The notes below the pieces were generated by a model, which made no database searches, was not told the origin of the DNA, and saw nothing but the letters and a program-made list of their open reading frames with translations. A stretch of 63,406 bases of DNA, counting the filler, from Choristocarpus tenellus KU-1152 (lineage: Eukaryota; Protista; Phaeophyceae), in assembly GCA_964200185.2 (NCBI GenBank). It is 15 parts of 15 records of this genome, joined end to end, with 100 filler letters (N's around TTAATTAATTAA, not from the genome) between each part and the next. Parts side by side here need not be neighbours in the genome. Positions count along the whole stretch, not along the records: positions 36,098 to 40,496 come from CAXNAD020014730.1; positions 40,597 to 44,499 come from CAXNAD020017234.1; positions 44,600 to 48,134 come from CAXNAD020019396.1; positions 48,235 to 52,308 come from CAXNAD020016365.1; 11 more parts are not named here. One strand, 5' to 3'. Numbering within the stretch: the first letter of the stretch is position 1; each line of letters opens with the position of its first letter. Positions 36,523-48,748 of the stretch are shown in pieces. The position numbers were made by a program, and so were the translations under genes.

Positions 36523-39500
36523 CTGGTCTTCCTTTGCCGGGTCTGACCAGAGGCAATCTGATGCCACTTGTTGTGACTCCAATGTCTCCAGATCATTTGG
36601 TGGGCATACCCCTGCCACCGAGGGCACGCTGAGGATGTCCTGCGAGCCGACCACAAGGTAGAAAGAAGAAGGGGCCATGGGAAGTGGGCATGTTGATGGG
36701 GCTGGGCTTTAAGATGAAAAATCCATTTCCTATCCTATCTAAGGCTGCAGACGGATGGGATTTGATGGGTCATTTCTCTTTTCAAAAACATAGGGACATT
36801 TTTCGCATTTGGGTAGGGATTCAACCAGCCGTTCACGCACATGGATACCAACAGTGTATTTTGCTCAACTCTAAAGTAATAGTCTTGCAAGGTGCACCTG
36901 GTGCTCAGCTCAAACCGGAAAACTGAGTTTCTACCCCAAAATTCGTGGAAATAAAGTAGGCAATATGAGGTGGAGAATTGGGCGATTGCTCGTTATAATA
37001 CTGTTGCTAGTGGCAGGGGTGTGTGCCTAGCTGGGACCTCAGGTGACTCGCCTGGACTTTGAAATGTACGAACTACAATGTATCATCACCTCTGGAAAAG
37101 CAAAGTCAGGGGCTCTGGCCAATGCTCGTGAAGGCAATGATGAGGCTAGAAATACCTCATGATTCAGCCTGAGAGAATCTCTCTGCCTCCCAAGAATATT
37201 TAGGGGGACCCTTGAACAGCTTGCGCTTCTCACCTGTACTTCACTACAACAAGATTATTGCTACCAAGCAAGACCTTACAATAGGACACTTCTACAGCAG
37301 AAAAAAGTTACCTAAATGCTTTTGCTCAGGCATTGCACTGGTTGCAGTTTAACCCGTAACCGGGTTGGAATGTTGTCCTCAACCTCATAATGCACCCACA
37401 CATAGAAGTATATCCCTGATTAAACCCGCGCACCTGGATCCTATTAACTGAATCAGGGAGAGGTCGTGGAATGCCACCATGCACGCAGAATATGTCGTGA
37501 TCAATGGTTGCAGCTAGAGGAAGGCGATCAAATACCATGTTGCACTCTTCCCAGACATCTTCGCCTAGAACGGTACCGAATCGTTTCTGAGGGGGGGGGC
37601 GGGATGGTCAGGAATTGCACAGAGTGTAAGATGTGTCAGTCAGATGGGGAGGCATAGAAAGTTCGTTTAATTAATGTTACTACTACTATTACTAGTACTA
37701 TTACTATTTTCTATTACTATTACCATTGCCAATACCATTACCACTCCTATTTACTAACTAGTAGTATGAGCGTCCTCAATACCATCATTCTTACTATTAT
37801 GATTACCACTACTACAATCATTTTTTTTTTGTGGGAGAGTGATAGAAATTGTTCTATTGAGAAATTCTTTGTTGCCTAGAATAGTTAGTTTGTTGAGGAT
37901 TTGTTTTTGGCATATTCCATACATATTAATACCTACATGTAATACTAATAGTATTTTATATTATTGCTCATTTCGCCCTCAAATAACAATGGAGTAGTAG
38001 ATAGATACTACGACCAACTATTACTATCACTGTCACTATCATTCCTATTATTAAAATGTTTATTTTTATGGGAGAAGTGATAAGAACGTTCTACAGAGAA
38101 ATTCTACGTCAAAGGTGGAATATGTTAGGTTAGGTTAGTTAAAAAAAATATTCTGTACTGTTTTACCTCTCCTACAGCCTCAGAATGTTTCTCAGTGGAA
38201 TCCAGAATTTTCCGGACGTAGTTGTCGAGTCACCAAATTCATGCTTCTATATATCTCATAAAAGATTGGTCTTCTTTTGATTGTATAATAGTTTATTTAC
38301 GTACAAGGATGAAGCCAAAAAGTGTGCAAATTTCGGTATATATTTTTTCAAATGAGTATAAGATATTCTCCGAATAGTGTTCGAAGTTTCAAACAATAGA
38401 GAAATCAACCCTCTCAGATCAAAGTTTATCGGTACAAATTTGGGGCGAATCGAAAAAAGATCGAAAAGCTGGGTTATAATGTAAAGGAAAGAAGCAACTG
38501 TTTGCATACTTCCGGTTTACTTTGGGTCGCTGAATATCGGTATTTTGTTCTCATTTCATTAGGCCCAATTTTCTAGTGTCAGTCTCCCACTGATCCCTGT
38601 TTCTCTCTGGTAGAGTTCAGATGCAATGCGAATGCGTATTTAACTCTTCATACTATAGTATTACGATACTTCTTTTTGTCCGGTGGTTTGGGAGAAGTAA
38701 GTGTAGTTTTTTTTTTTTGTAATGAGAACAACAAGAGCTTGGATTGGCCGCTTTGGTTTGATTCGGTATCGGGATGGAGATACATTCTGGCTACGATTTG
38801 TCACTCGTAAAAAAGTAAAAAGGGAGCGGACTGCGCTGAAGCCGAGGGGGCAGAACTAAAGAGGTATTTTATTTTGTTGCCAAGGTTCACAAGGAAGGTC
38901 AGTTCTTGACGTCATACTTGAGATGTAATCGTTTGCACTTTGAAAAGAGGAAGCAAATACAATGATACCAACAGTCCACTCCTTTTTGTTGCAACTCTCC
39001 TATGTGTTGGGAAACTGGGCAATGAATATACATGGATTCACACACGCCAATGTGATGAACAGTCCATGCCTACTGTGTGCAGATTTGGCGAGGTGTTGAA
39101 AATGACAGCAGCGACACGGAATCGTACTCTTAGAGGTTTGCAGGACCAGCTATAACTGGTCACTATCACCTTCATTGGCCACACATTCGGCCAATGCACT
39201 GCAACATGTTATATATATATATATGTTTTTAGGAAATAATAATGACTTGAGAGATATACATGAGAGGACGTACAGTAATTCTTTTCCCACACTCCCTTAT
39301 TTTTTTATTTTTTATTTTATTCATTATTTTTACTACTACCACTACCACCACTACCACCACTACCACTACCACTACTACTATAATATTACTCCTACTCCTA
39401 CTCCTACTCCTGCTACTGCTACAGTTTTTCTATCTTACGCAGATTCTGAAAAAATATAAGTAATAGTTGCACCTGGCACTGCCACAGGAAAGACTTCTTT

Positions 39501-39715
39501 TGATAGTACTCCACCCATCCGTTGACATCCCTGAGCTCGTGGTTCCCTCTGAGCATGAACAGCTTCTCCGGATTCTCAACCTTCAAGGCAAAGAGGTAGG
39601 CCAGGCACTCCAGCCCGGACATGCCCCTGTCCACGTAGTCCCCTAGGAAGAGGAACTTCCCTGCCGTTAAGTTCATTCCCAGTTTCCAGATGTTGTCTGC
39701 AAAAAAGTGCAGGTC
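36523..39715 (-). CDS. PPP-family Ser/Thr protein phosphatase, internal exons 39715-39473, 37586-37434, 36639-36523
   Basis: [32 protein letters not shown] and DCLWSDP signature motifs. Confidence 0.95.
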
Positions 39716-40596
39716 CTTGAAAGCGAAACAGCGAGCATGACGGCACTTATCAAGCTGAGCTGTCAACCCCACATGCGATAGGGGTCATCGAGAAGATCTT
39801 TCAATCATATACGTACAAATGTTGACCTCTTATGTTTTTTTTTTTTTTGCAAGGCTGTGTGGCGTAACCGAATTGTGAACAGCTACCTTTGCCCAATATT
39901 GCTTCAAGTGGACAGATATAATGTTGATGTTGAAAGGGGTGGGGTGGGGGAAATATCGTCTGTTATTGCTGACAACTCATGTTTCCGGTGCTCAAGTTCG
40001 TGTTGAGGGTCTTTGGTTAGTGCGAGGGATCTCAGGATTCCCGTGATGCAGTTGTGTGCTCTTGTTGGTCATAGATTTCAACGCAGCAGTCTTATTGGTC
40101 GATCAAGACATGGGACGACAAAGATCAAGGGTGGAGGGGACGCATGTGACTCCTATTCCTATTTCTGACTTTTTGGGAGATTAATCTTTTCGGGAGATTC
40201 ATCTTGTCTATTTTACCCGGCGATTGAAAACCTGAAGTATCTAATCGTTGAGATGGAAACGTAAAATATATTTTCAAGGTTTCCTAGCTCAAGGCCCTTG
40301 TTCTTCCCGACAAGCAAGCCGCAGCAGCGTGCTTTGGATACTGAAACACAGCACTTAGGGTGAGGGTGAGGGTGAGGGTTAGGGTTGGGCAGTGTCATCA
40401 TTAACCACCACCCAATAATTGAAGTAACATAGTCCAAAATATCTCATTAAAAACAAGTATGAATATTGTTGACTGCCGACTCAAAGTATCTGGGGGNNNN
40501 NNNNNNNNNNNNNNNNNNNNNNNNNNNNNNNNNNNNNNNNTTAATTAATTAANNNNNNNNNNNNNNNNNNNNNNNNNNNNNNNNNNNNNNNNNNNN

Positions 40597-40812
40597 TGTC
40601 CATTTGGGGCTTGGCTTCCCACAGGTTTTTTATGACATTTTACCTACTCCAAAAAGTTTTGAAGTAAGTAAAATGTATAAGTTATGAAAAGGTGTGACCG
40701 GAACAAGGATATTGACATTCCTAACAAACACAACAGCAAAAATTCCGTCAAAATTGCAACATTGGATTTTGGCCCCCAAATGGACGCAGCTCTACCCTCT
40801 AAGATACTTTCC
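40597..40812 (+). mobile_element. MITE family A, copy 3 (5' truncated by the contig edge)
   Basis: Internal sequence and the right TIR TACCCTCTAAGATACTTT match family A. Confidence 0.88.
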
Positions 40813-41334
40813 CTGATGGCTCACCCACTGTATGGCATGGATAGAACAGTCTGTAGCTGCACAATAATGACACTTTGAAGTAGTATAAAGTTGATGCTTT
40901 TAAGTTCTCCCCACTATATGGATGAGTGATGTTGTGTCAGAATGATGAACGATGAACAGGGTATGAGGGCCGTCCTAGTAATCACAGTATGATGCAGTAT
41001 CTTGTGGAAAACTGAATTGTACGCTAATCTATGTGGTTGAGAAAATGCTGGTCTCACATACACTTATTCCTTCAGACTGCAGTAAGTACTGGTGTACTAC
41101 CCATGAAGATGTACATGAAGAGAATGAAGGTTTCTTAGGATAACAGCATTCCTGCTGACTTTCTTTGACTTACACTGCTGACCTGTACTTCACAATTTTA
41201 ACAAGTTTGTCTTTTATAAGTACAGTATTGGGAGAGTATCGTTTGTTTGTATCAAGTACAGTTATGAGGGAAGGAGTCAGCACTCAATATCCCTGGCCAG
41301 CATCCTCTACTGCCACCCATAAATGATCAATATT

Positions 41335-41602
41335 GAGTGAAAGTATCTTAGGGTTAGGGTACGATTTTTGCCCTGTTTGTCCGTTTGGGCTTGGCTTCCC
41401 ACAGTTTTTTTTAATGACATTTTAGCTACTCTCAAATATTTCAGAGTAGGTAATATGTGTAAGTTATGAAAAGGTGTGTCCGGAACAAGGATATTGACAC
41501 TTCCCAACAAACATGATAGTCAAAATTACATCAAAATCACAACATTGGATTTTGGAATACAAACGGATGCAGCTCTACCCTAACCCTAAGATACTTTGAC
41601 TC
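41335..41602 (+). mobile_element. MITE family A, copy 4, with TTAGGG repeats in both TIRs
   Basis: GAGTGAAAGTATCTTAGGGTTAGGGTA...TACCCTAACCCTAAGATACTTTGACTC. Confidence 0.92.
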
Positions 41603-42867
41603 ACCAGCATTGACATTAAGGCTCACAGGATAATAATATAATAATAATAATAGTTTGCCAAAGGAGTGCAGTATACACCATCTTTTGAAGTGAGCAAACA
41701 CCTATGTAATAGGTGATACCCAATAAGGAACTTACGGTGTCATGAATCAGAAGGTTTGATAGTATGTGCTAAATCCCCTCTAACACTTTGGTGTGCTCCA
41801 GTGCAAGTCAAGTTGGTGACTTGATACACAAAAAGAGTGCACAACACCCAAACAAAGAGCAAAACAACCAACCAATCAAAAACTTTGATTTCAATGTCGA
41901 TATGTTCTTTGATTAGTTATTGACTGCCAATTGCACCTGTACTCCTATTTTCCTCCAGAAAATTAATAGGACAATATGACTCCCCATTCTAGTGCTCACC
42001 ACAGTTCTCAGCACTGTATATGCTGGGGTTAATGTATGCTTTTCATTAACACGATGATAAACTTAGGGTGAGGTCTTGTTTGGAAGTTAGTAATACATAG
42101 TATGTGCATACCAAATCTGTTTATGTTTTGATCTTTTCTCTTGCAAATAGTCCAACAAAACGACCACCTCTCTCTGTCACTCTTTAGTATCAAAAATCAC
42201 CTGGGAGCATGCTAGGTTTATCTCCTACAACTTTCATTACCCGCATATGATCTGTAAATGTCCTTGAGCACATGTCACAGTGGAGTGCTACATAGCGACA
42301 AGGGCATCAAGAGGCCAAACATATACCATGTATCATATAACATACAACATACAACATATAACATGTAACATATGGTGATTCACTTTATCAAGTTCTGATC
42401 TTACAAGCCACAGGCAACTCTCATCAAGAACTTCTCCATATGCTTGGAGATATTACCTACGCTGAACTTTTCATTGAACAAATACCAATACAAGAAGTAA
42501 ACTGGGGCATCCATTGGTTGAATCTTGCTTGTATGAACCTACTGCGTAACTCTACTCCTACTGATAGGTTTGTCCCACTGAATACCATGTGGTAGAGCGA
42601 ATGGTGTAGAGTAAGTGGTGTAACTGAAAAGTATTTTTTCTATGATATACAAATAGGGTACATTGAACAGTCTGGATCAGGTTACGGACATTCCAGAATA
42701 CTGCAGATGGAATGGGGAAGAATAATGGCTGGACAAATAACTTTTAAAAGGTACATCTGCTTCAAAATTTGTTCCAAATATGTTATAAGGTTGATAGGGA
42801 TACTCTTCCTCATAGTAGGCGATAATCCACTTTCATCTTGACCGGTAGAGAACAGAGATAATCAAAC

Positions 42868-43029
42868 AGTACTAGTAATAAAGTAACTTGGTACTAGTAC
42901 TAAAATAACTTGGTACTAGTACTAAAATAACTTGGTACTAGTACTAAAATAACTTGGTACTAGTACTAGCATAAAGTAACTTGGTACTAGTAATAAAGTA
43001 ACTTGGTACTAGTAATAAAATAACTTGGT
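42868..43029. repeat. ~22-bp tandem repeat with palindromic core GTACTAGTAC, ~7 copies
   Basis: Unit gtactagtactaaaataacttg with variants. Confidence 0.9.
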
Positions 43030-43157
43030 CTGTAGAGTTAAAAAAAGAAACAATCAATTGTTTTGTTTTCCTACTGGAAAAAGTGCAAGATATATATATA
43101 TATATTGCTATACTCATGACCTCTTGCAATGGCATGTACAAAGCAATGAAAACTCAC

Positions 43158-44241
43158 CTGCACATTTTGTCCAGAGTGCACATCACTCTTTGCAAACATG
43201 GTCCTGACAGATGTCCTACCCAAAGGCGGAGGACAAGATAGTTGCACAACTACGTTGACAAGAGCACCGGGTGCAACCTCTGGATCGGTCATCTGTCAAC
43301 ATAAAAACATAATTGTGAAATCACTGCTGGGAATGGTTCCAAGCAGACAGCATGCATTGTACCAAAAATGTTATCCAAAGTACAGCACAACTCCAGGTTT
43401 ATATTTTAATGTAGCAAGCCTAACTCGATATCACACCAAACAATTTTCAAATACGCATGTTTAATCATGGCATGATTTGAGGGATAAACTCTAATTGGTC
43501 TCCACAATTGATTGCAGTTGGTGCACCTGGTTGATCTGTGTTTCACCACTAGTTGCCTTGAGATCACCAATCCTCAGAGCATGTTCCCCCTCCACCTGAA
43601 TGAAGAGAGGTCAGGGAGATGAAAAGATGAATTGAAATGAATTGAAATGATTTGAGTCAAAGTAAAAGAGAGGTACTCATTTTTTGGACATTTTTTGGGC
43701 ATGTTTTGGGCATTTGGCATTTTAAGGCATTTTTTCATATTTTACTATTTGCCACTACTCCTATGGTTGAACTGCCAGGATTGATTGACATGATAGCCTT
43801 GATTTCTCGATTGTTAAAAAATTCTGCCTTCTCTATTTATCCTATATGCATTTTTACAAAGAGTTGAGTTTTCCACATAAATTTAAGCATTCTTAGAATG
43901 CAACCCTGATTACCTCTGGTTTACCTTGGCTTATTACCAGGAAGCATTGCCAAACATGTGTTCTCTTGTATATTGTATATGTACATTTATGTATGTACTA
44001 TTATATACTCCGGAATATGTACCACCACGAGTGTTTGCAACAAACCTTACATGCCCCCCAACGTACCTCTCTGTACTTTGCCAGACTCTTCTCCTGCAGT
44101 CCTGTAGCTTCCCTATTGCCAGGACAAAGCCTCAAAACCTCTGAAAAGTCTTGCACAGCTTTCAGATACTTGCCTCTCTTGTGTCGAGCAATACCCCTCC
44201 TCATCCATGCCTTTGTAGCGCATGGATCCAACTCCAATGCC
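43158..44241 (-). CDS. TPR-domain protein (RPAP3/SPAG1-like co-chaperone), internal exons ~44241-44067, ~43595-43527, 43292-43158
   Basis: ALELDPCATKAWMRRGIARHKRGKYLKAVQDFSEVLRLCPGNREA is a carboxylate-clamp-type TPR, followed by |VEGEHAL..|MTDPEV..; canonical splice sites. Confidence 0.8.
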
Positions 44242-44849
44242 CTGACATTGCAGACATTCATCACAAGATAGGAACATTGATTAACATTGATTACCACTTG
44301 TCTTCTCCTTTCAGTATGACCAAAGATGACCATGCACAAAAGCAAAACCTTTTGTCAACTGGATTGTCAGCTGTGTTGTCAAGTGAGTCAAGTGAGTCAA
44401 GTTGGGCCAACCTTGTCAATTTGATGTTATGTGACATATCCAAAGCCTGCTAGAACATACTTTTACTACGCAGATACCCAAAGTATCTGGGAGGGGGGGN
44501 NNNNNNNNNNNNNNNNNNNNNNNNNNNNNNNNNNNNNNNNNNNTTAATTAATTAANNNNNNNNNNNNNNNNNNNNNNNNNNNNNNNNNNNNNNNNNNNNT
44601 CTTGTGTCCGCTTCAAGGACTGGTCCTTCCACGGCCGTCTTCAAGGGACCCTGTACATGCACCTGCACCGGAAGACGCCCCCCTCCCCTCCCCCATTCCA
44701 AGGTCCCCCTTCTCTTCATCATCCTCGTCGTCCTCGTCCTCCTTCTACTGCTCCTTGTCCTCCTCCTCCTCTTCATCCTCCTCCTCGTCCTTCTCCTTGT
44801 CATCGTCGGTGTTGTCCTCCTTTTCGTCCCCATTCTCCTCGTCACTTGA

Positions 44850-47800
44850 AGTTTGTCTTCCATCCTTCTCCCACAAACCCCCCCCTTTCCCTCGCCTCGA
44901 TAGCAGACCGTAGAACTGTCAACACCTTGGTAGGAATCTTTTTGCCATTCCAAACAAGTTTGTCGCACATTGAAACAATACCCACCACGGGTTCCCAGCT
45001 TACGTCTTTAACCCGCTTCAGTTTCCCAGTTCGCCCGGATCTATCACCAGTGTGTATGTAGCCTTCGACACAAGCAATTTTTCCATACTTTTCAAGGGTC
45101 AGAAACGCGGTGTTGTCACGTGTGTGGTCACTGGTCGGCCGAAGTCAGTGAAGATCTACCCCACGCCCCCAGTTGTTGCCGACGCGCTCCGCTAGGATCT
45201 TGCCAACCAAGAGCGGCGCCTCCGTTGCCGCAAAAAAGGCAAACCTACCTTCCTGCACGGTGACGAGGTTTCGATAGTTCGCCGATCTCAAGGTAGCACG
45301 AGGTCAACCCCTTCGACGGAAGCCAGCTTCTTCCGTGTCACTGTCCGATGAGGAAGGGTCTGTTTCCTCAAGCCCACCGAGATCATTGTCACCCCTGACG
45401 AGATTACCTCCTCCACCCGAACGTTCGCCCTCGTCGGTGTTTTCGACGTCGCTGGTACCAGTTCCAGCGCTATCATCATCGGTGGGAAGCCAATGGACTG
45501 GGAGGTCGAACTCTCGTTCCCCTGTCTTTTTGAGAAGTCGCACAGACTCGCTTGGCTCGTGTTTTGCTCTCTGAACGGCTTCATCGTCTGTGAAGGTGGA
45601 TGGCATGAGCATGAGAACATCAATGGTATGGAAACATGAATGTGACTTTGTAACCAGCCGTAAGGTTGCACGAAGGTGCTCAGGGAGCATATAGTGAGAG
45701 GGAGGGTGTAGATTTCGTCGGATTCGTCGCTGTTGAGCACAAGACCGGTACCCTCAAAACAATTATCGCCGGTAATCTATAGTACTTGTTTATCATGACA
45801 CGCGACGATCACTATGCATGAGAATGGAACATTTTTCTAGGTTGTTTTTGTAAAGGTTGTAAAGGCTGTGCCTTGTACAGAAGTTGCACCAGATTTTTCT
45901 GACTGCCACCGAATACAAAAATTGGCCATCAACTCCCCTCACGAAATGTACGACTTACCCAGTGGGTATGCAGCAGTGAGGTGCTCGTGCGACGCCTGGT
46001 ACAGCTGCTCTACCTTCAGGATGACGTTTTCGGGAATGCTCTTGAGCTGGTAGGGGTGTGCATCTTGGAGACGAGGCGGGTGGCCGATGAAGAGGTCTTG
46101 CGGAGGGGTGTTGGGGTCGATAGCAATGTTGGCGCCTATCCCATTCCATGCGGTACTGTGCATGTATTGCTTTATGCTAACCTTAACCCGCCCATCACCG
46201 CCTTTTTCACCGCCTTTTTCAACGCGAAAAGCCCTGTAGCTCGTGATGTTGGGAACACAGTTGACACGACCGCAAAGGAGTCCCTTGAAGTTGCCCTCGT
46301 TCCGTAGGGTCTTGCAGTAGACTGGAACCTCCGTGTAAGAGGCCTGCAGCTCTTCACCCAGCTGTGTTCTTGTGAAGATGTTCTTCCCTTTCATACCACG
46401 TGAGAACCTAAAGGTGAAATGCAATCAAGTTAATTCTGAGGTGGGCGCGAAAGAAACGTAGGCGAGACGCACGTGCGCTTGTGAACTTTCAACCCCATAG
46501 AAGACGTAATGTTAGAAGAATAGGCCGCGATCCACGTGGGGAAAGAGAAAAGAATGGTTGGGTTGTCTCCAGGGGGGGGTATGTGGTCGAATCGGTACAG
46601 CAGGCGGCGAAGAAAATGCAGGAGGTTTCATGACGATGTGGATAGATGATGCTAGGCGTAGCTACAGGGAGGACGAAGAGCTTACCCAAAAGCAATCATG
46701 GTCGTTTCCTCGCGAGAAGGATTAACGAAGAAAGAGAGCCGTTGCCCTGTTGCTCTTGTCCGGTGTATACATGCCAACATAGGATGTGTTGGATTTGGTG
46801 TTAAATAACATAGAAGTGGAGAAGCAAGATATATATGCAGGCACATGCTCTGATGCATGTATATGGAAGTATAAATATAATAAGGAGTGATACGTACATT
46901 TTTGTTTTGTTTTGTTTCGAGGCTAGGTTACAATACAGTTTTGCCAGCTGCTCTTCTCGTGTTATTTTGTTGTGAGGAAATCATAAGTCAATCAATCAAT
47001 TGCAGTGTATGACCATAAACCTTCCAGAGTGGCAACAAGCGTGAACTGCAAGCCTCAAGGCAGTATCTGTCCATGTAAAAACACCATGTGGGTATCGCAT
47101 TCACGGTGCGTGCCTAATTACCTGGAGAAGATCTTATCAATCTTGATGTACGTGTGCCCCGCCATCATAAAATGTATCTCAACCACACGAATGACACTCG
47201 CCGCGACCAACAGCCCCGCATATCCAAGAAAGAAATTGTTCTTGTTCTCTGAGACGCAGTTTTCGACATGGGTAGTTTGTCGAGTGAGGAGCGAGGGAGG
47301 GATAGGCGTGAGGCTGATATGTCAGCCCGTTTCACCACGTTTCGTGGAGAAACAGGGCGTGTTTCCAGAAGTGCTAGAGCACAAGCTCTACATCACCGCC
47401 ATCATACATGCAAGTTGCAACCGACAAATCAACACTAAATACCACGCAGTTAGTTACTTGGTGGCCGCTATTCGGCGAGTAGATCGCAAGTAGGTTTCTC
47501 AAGATGAAACTTTCTTACCTGCCAATGCGCGTGCTGGATGATGCAACCCCCCGCGTGATCGAGGCTGTTGTGATACTTGACGACAAGTCTTGTGAGGGCA
47601 AGGTGGGTGGCTGTGCAGACAAGGTTACAACCTGCGCGAACGATAATGTCTGACGTTAGTTGGCAAATAGTACTCTGCTTACTTATGCATAGTTTACTTG
47701 GAGCTAAAAAGAGGGGTAATGCAATGTGTTTTTGCGATGTAGAGCATATACACCCGACTGGCTGATATAGATATCTGTCGGTTTCCCTCCTCCTTGACTA

Positions 47801-48134
47801 GCTCTTACAATCCTCTCGCCCTTCCGAAGCTGAGGCGTACAAGGGCAGGGGAGCACAGCGCATCATCAGTTAATCGACTGTTCTCCAGGCCTACGGCATC
47901 TGTAGGAAAATCATGCAAGGATGTACTCATCCTCAGGTATCTAACCTGCGGCAGGTCCCCTCACCATGACGGTCAATCAAGTGGTGCGTGCGCAACCAGC
48001 ATCTATTCGGTCGTGTGATTGTTGTGCCACAACCCACAATACGTACCTCCTCCAAGATTTTGAGGAGTGAAGAACACCTCCCCGAACTGGCCTTCGACGC
48101 GTGCGGCCACGATCTTCTGGCGCTCGGGGTAGCC
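44850..48134 (-). mobile_element. Degenerate intron-containing Sola/DUF7869-type DDD transposase
   Basis: Spliced fragments GEVFFTPQNLGG|GCNLVCTATHLAL..HWQ|VENCVSENKNNFFLGY..VEIHFMMAGHTYIKIDKIFSR match the DNC..ENKN / F...GHTH..ID..FS motif set. Catalytic D reads E, one acceptor is lost, and there are downstream stops. Confidence 0.7.
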
Positions 48135-48558
48135 NNNNNNNNNNNNNNNNNNNNNNNNNNNNNNNNNNNNNNNNNNNNTTAATTAATTAANNNNNNNNNN
48201 NNNNNNNNNNNNNNNNNNNNNNNNNNNNNNNNNNCCCCGGCCCCTCCCCCTTCTTTCCCTCCCTGCCCTAGCTGTCTAGAGCCACTTCTCTCAGACCACC
48301 AAGGCACCCTCCCCTGTGCTTGCTCCACCTCAACTGCATGGTTAGCCTCTGCAAAGATGCCAACCACCCTCTCACACAGCCCCTACTGTGGAACACACCT
48401 ACCCATTCCCATGCTTTTCAATTGCACCTACACTACCCTAACCAGCCAAAGACAGCCCCTTGGTGGGCTCATAACCCGCCTGAATAGTACCACTGCATCC
48501 CAAATCCACCTCTTTTCACCACACAATATCTCGGGCCAAAACTCACACTCCACCCACC

Positions 48559-48748
48559 TGTAGACACAGCATGGAGGGTTTTCATACTGTAGCTGAGGCG
48601 TCTTCATTATTTAATGTTTGTAGCATATGTGGTGCTTGACTGGATCTATGCTCACTCCTTCAACAAATAACAGAGCGGTAAGCCCCAACGTGGGGTGGAG
48701 TCCTTACCTGATATCATAGATCAGTTCCAGTAGTTGAACTGTCTATAA
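48559..48748 (+). repeat. 5' LTR (~190 bp)
   Basis: Begins TGTAGA; about 15 mismatches to the 3' LTR by manual comparison. Confidence 0.9.

Noticed and set aside
39103-39190. tRNA/SINE-like segment on the minus strand with a GACCAG/CTGGTC hairpin
   Set aside because: A and B boxes are imperfect and I could not fold a cloverleaf; only one copy in the window.
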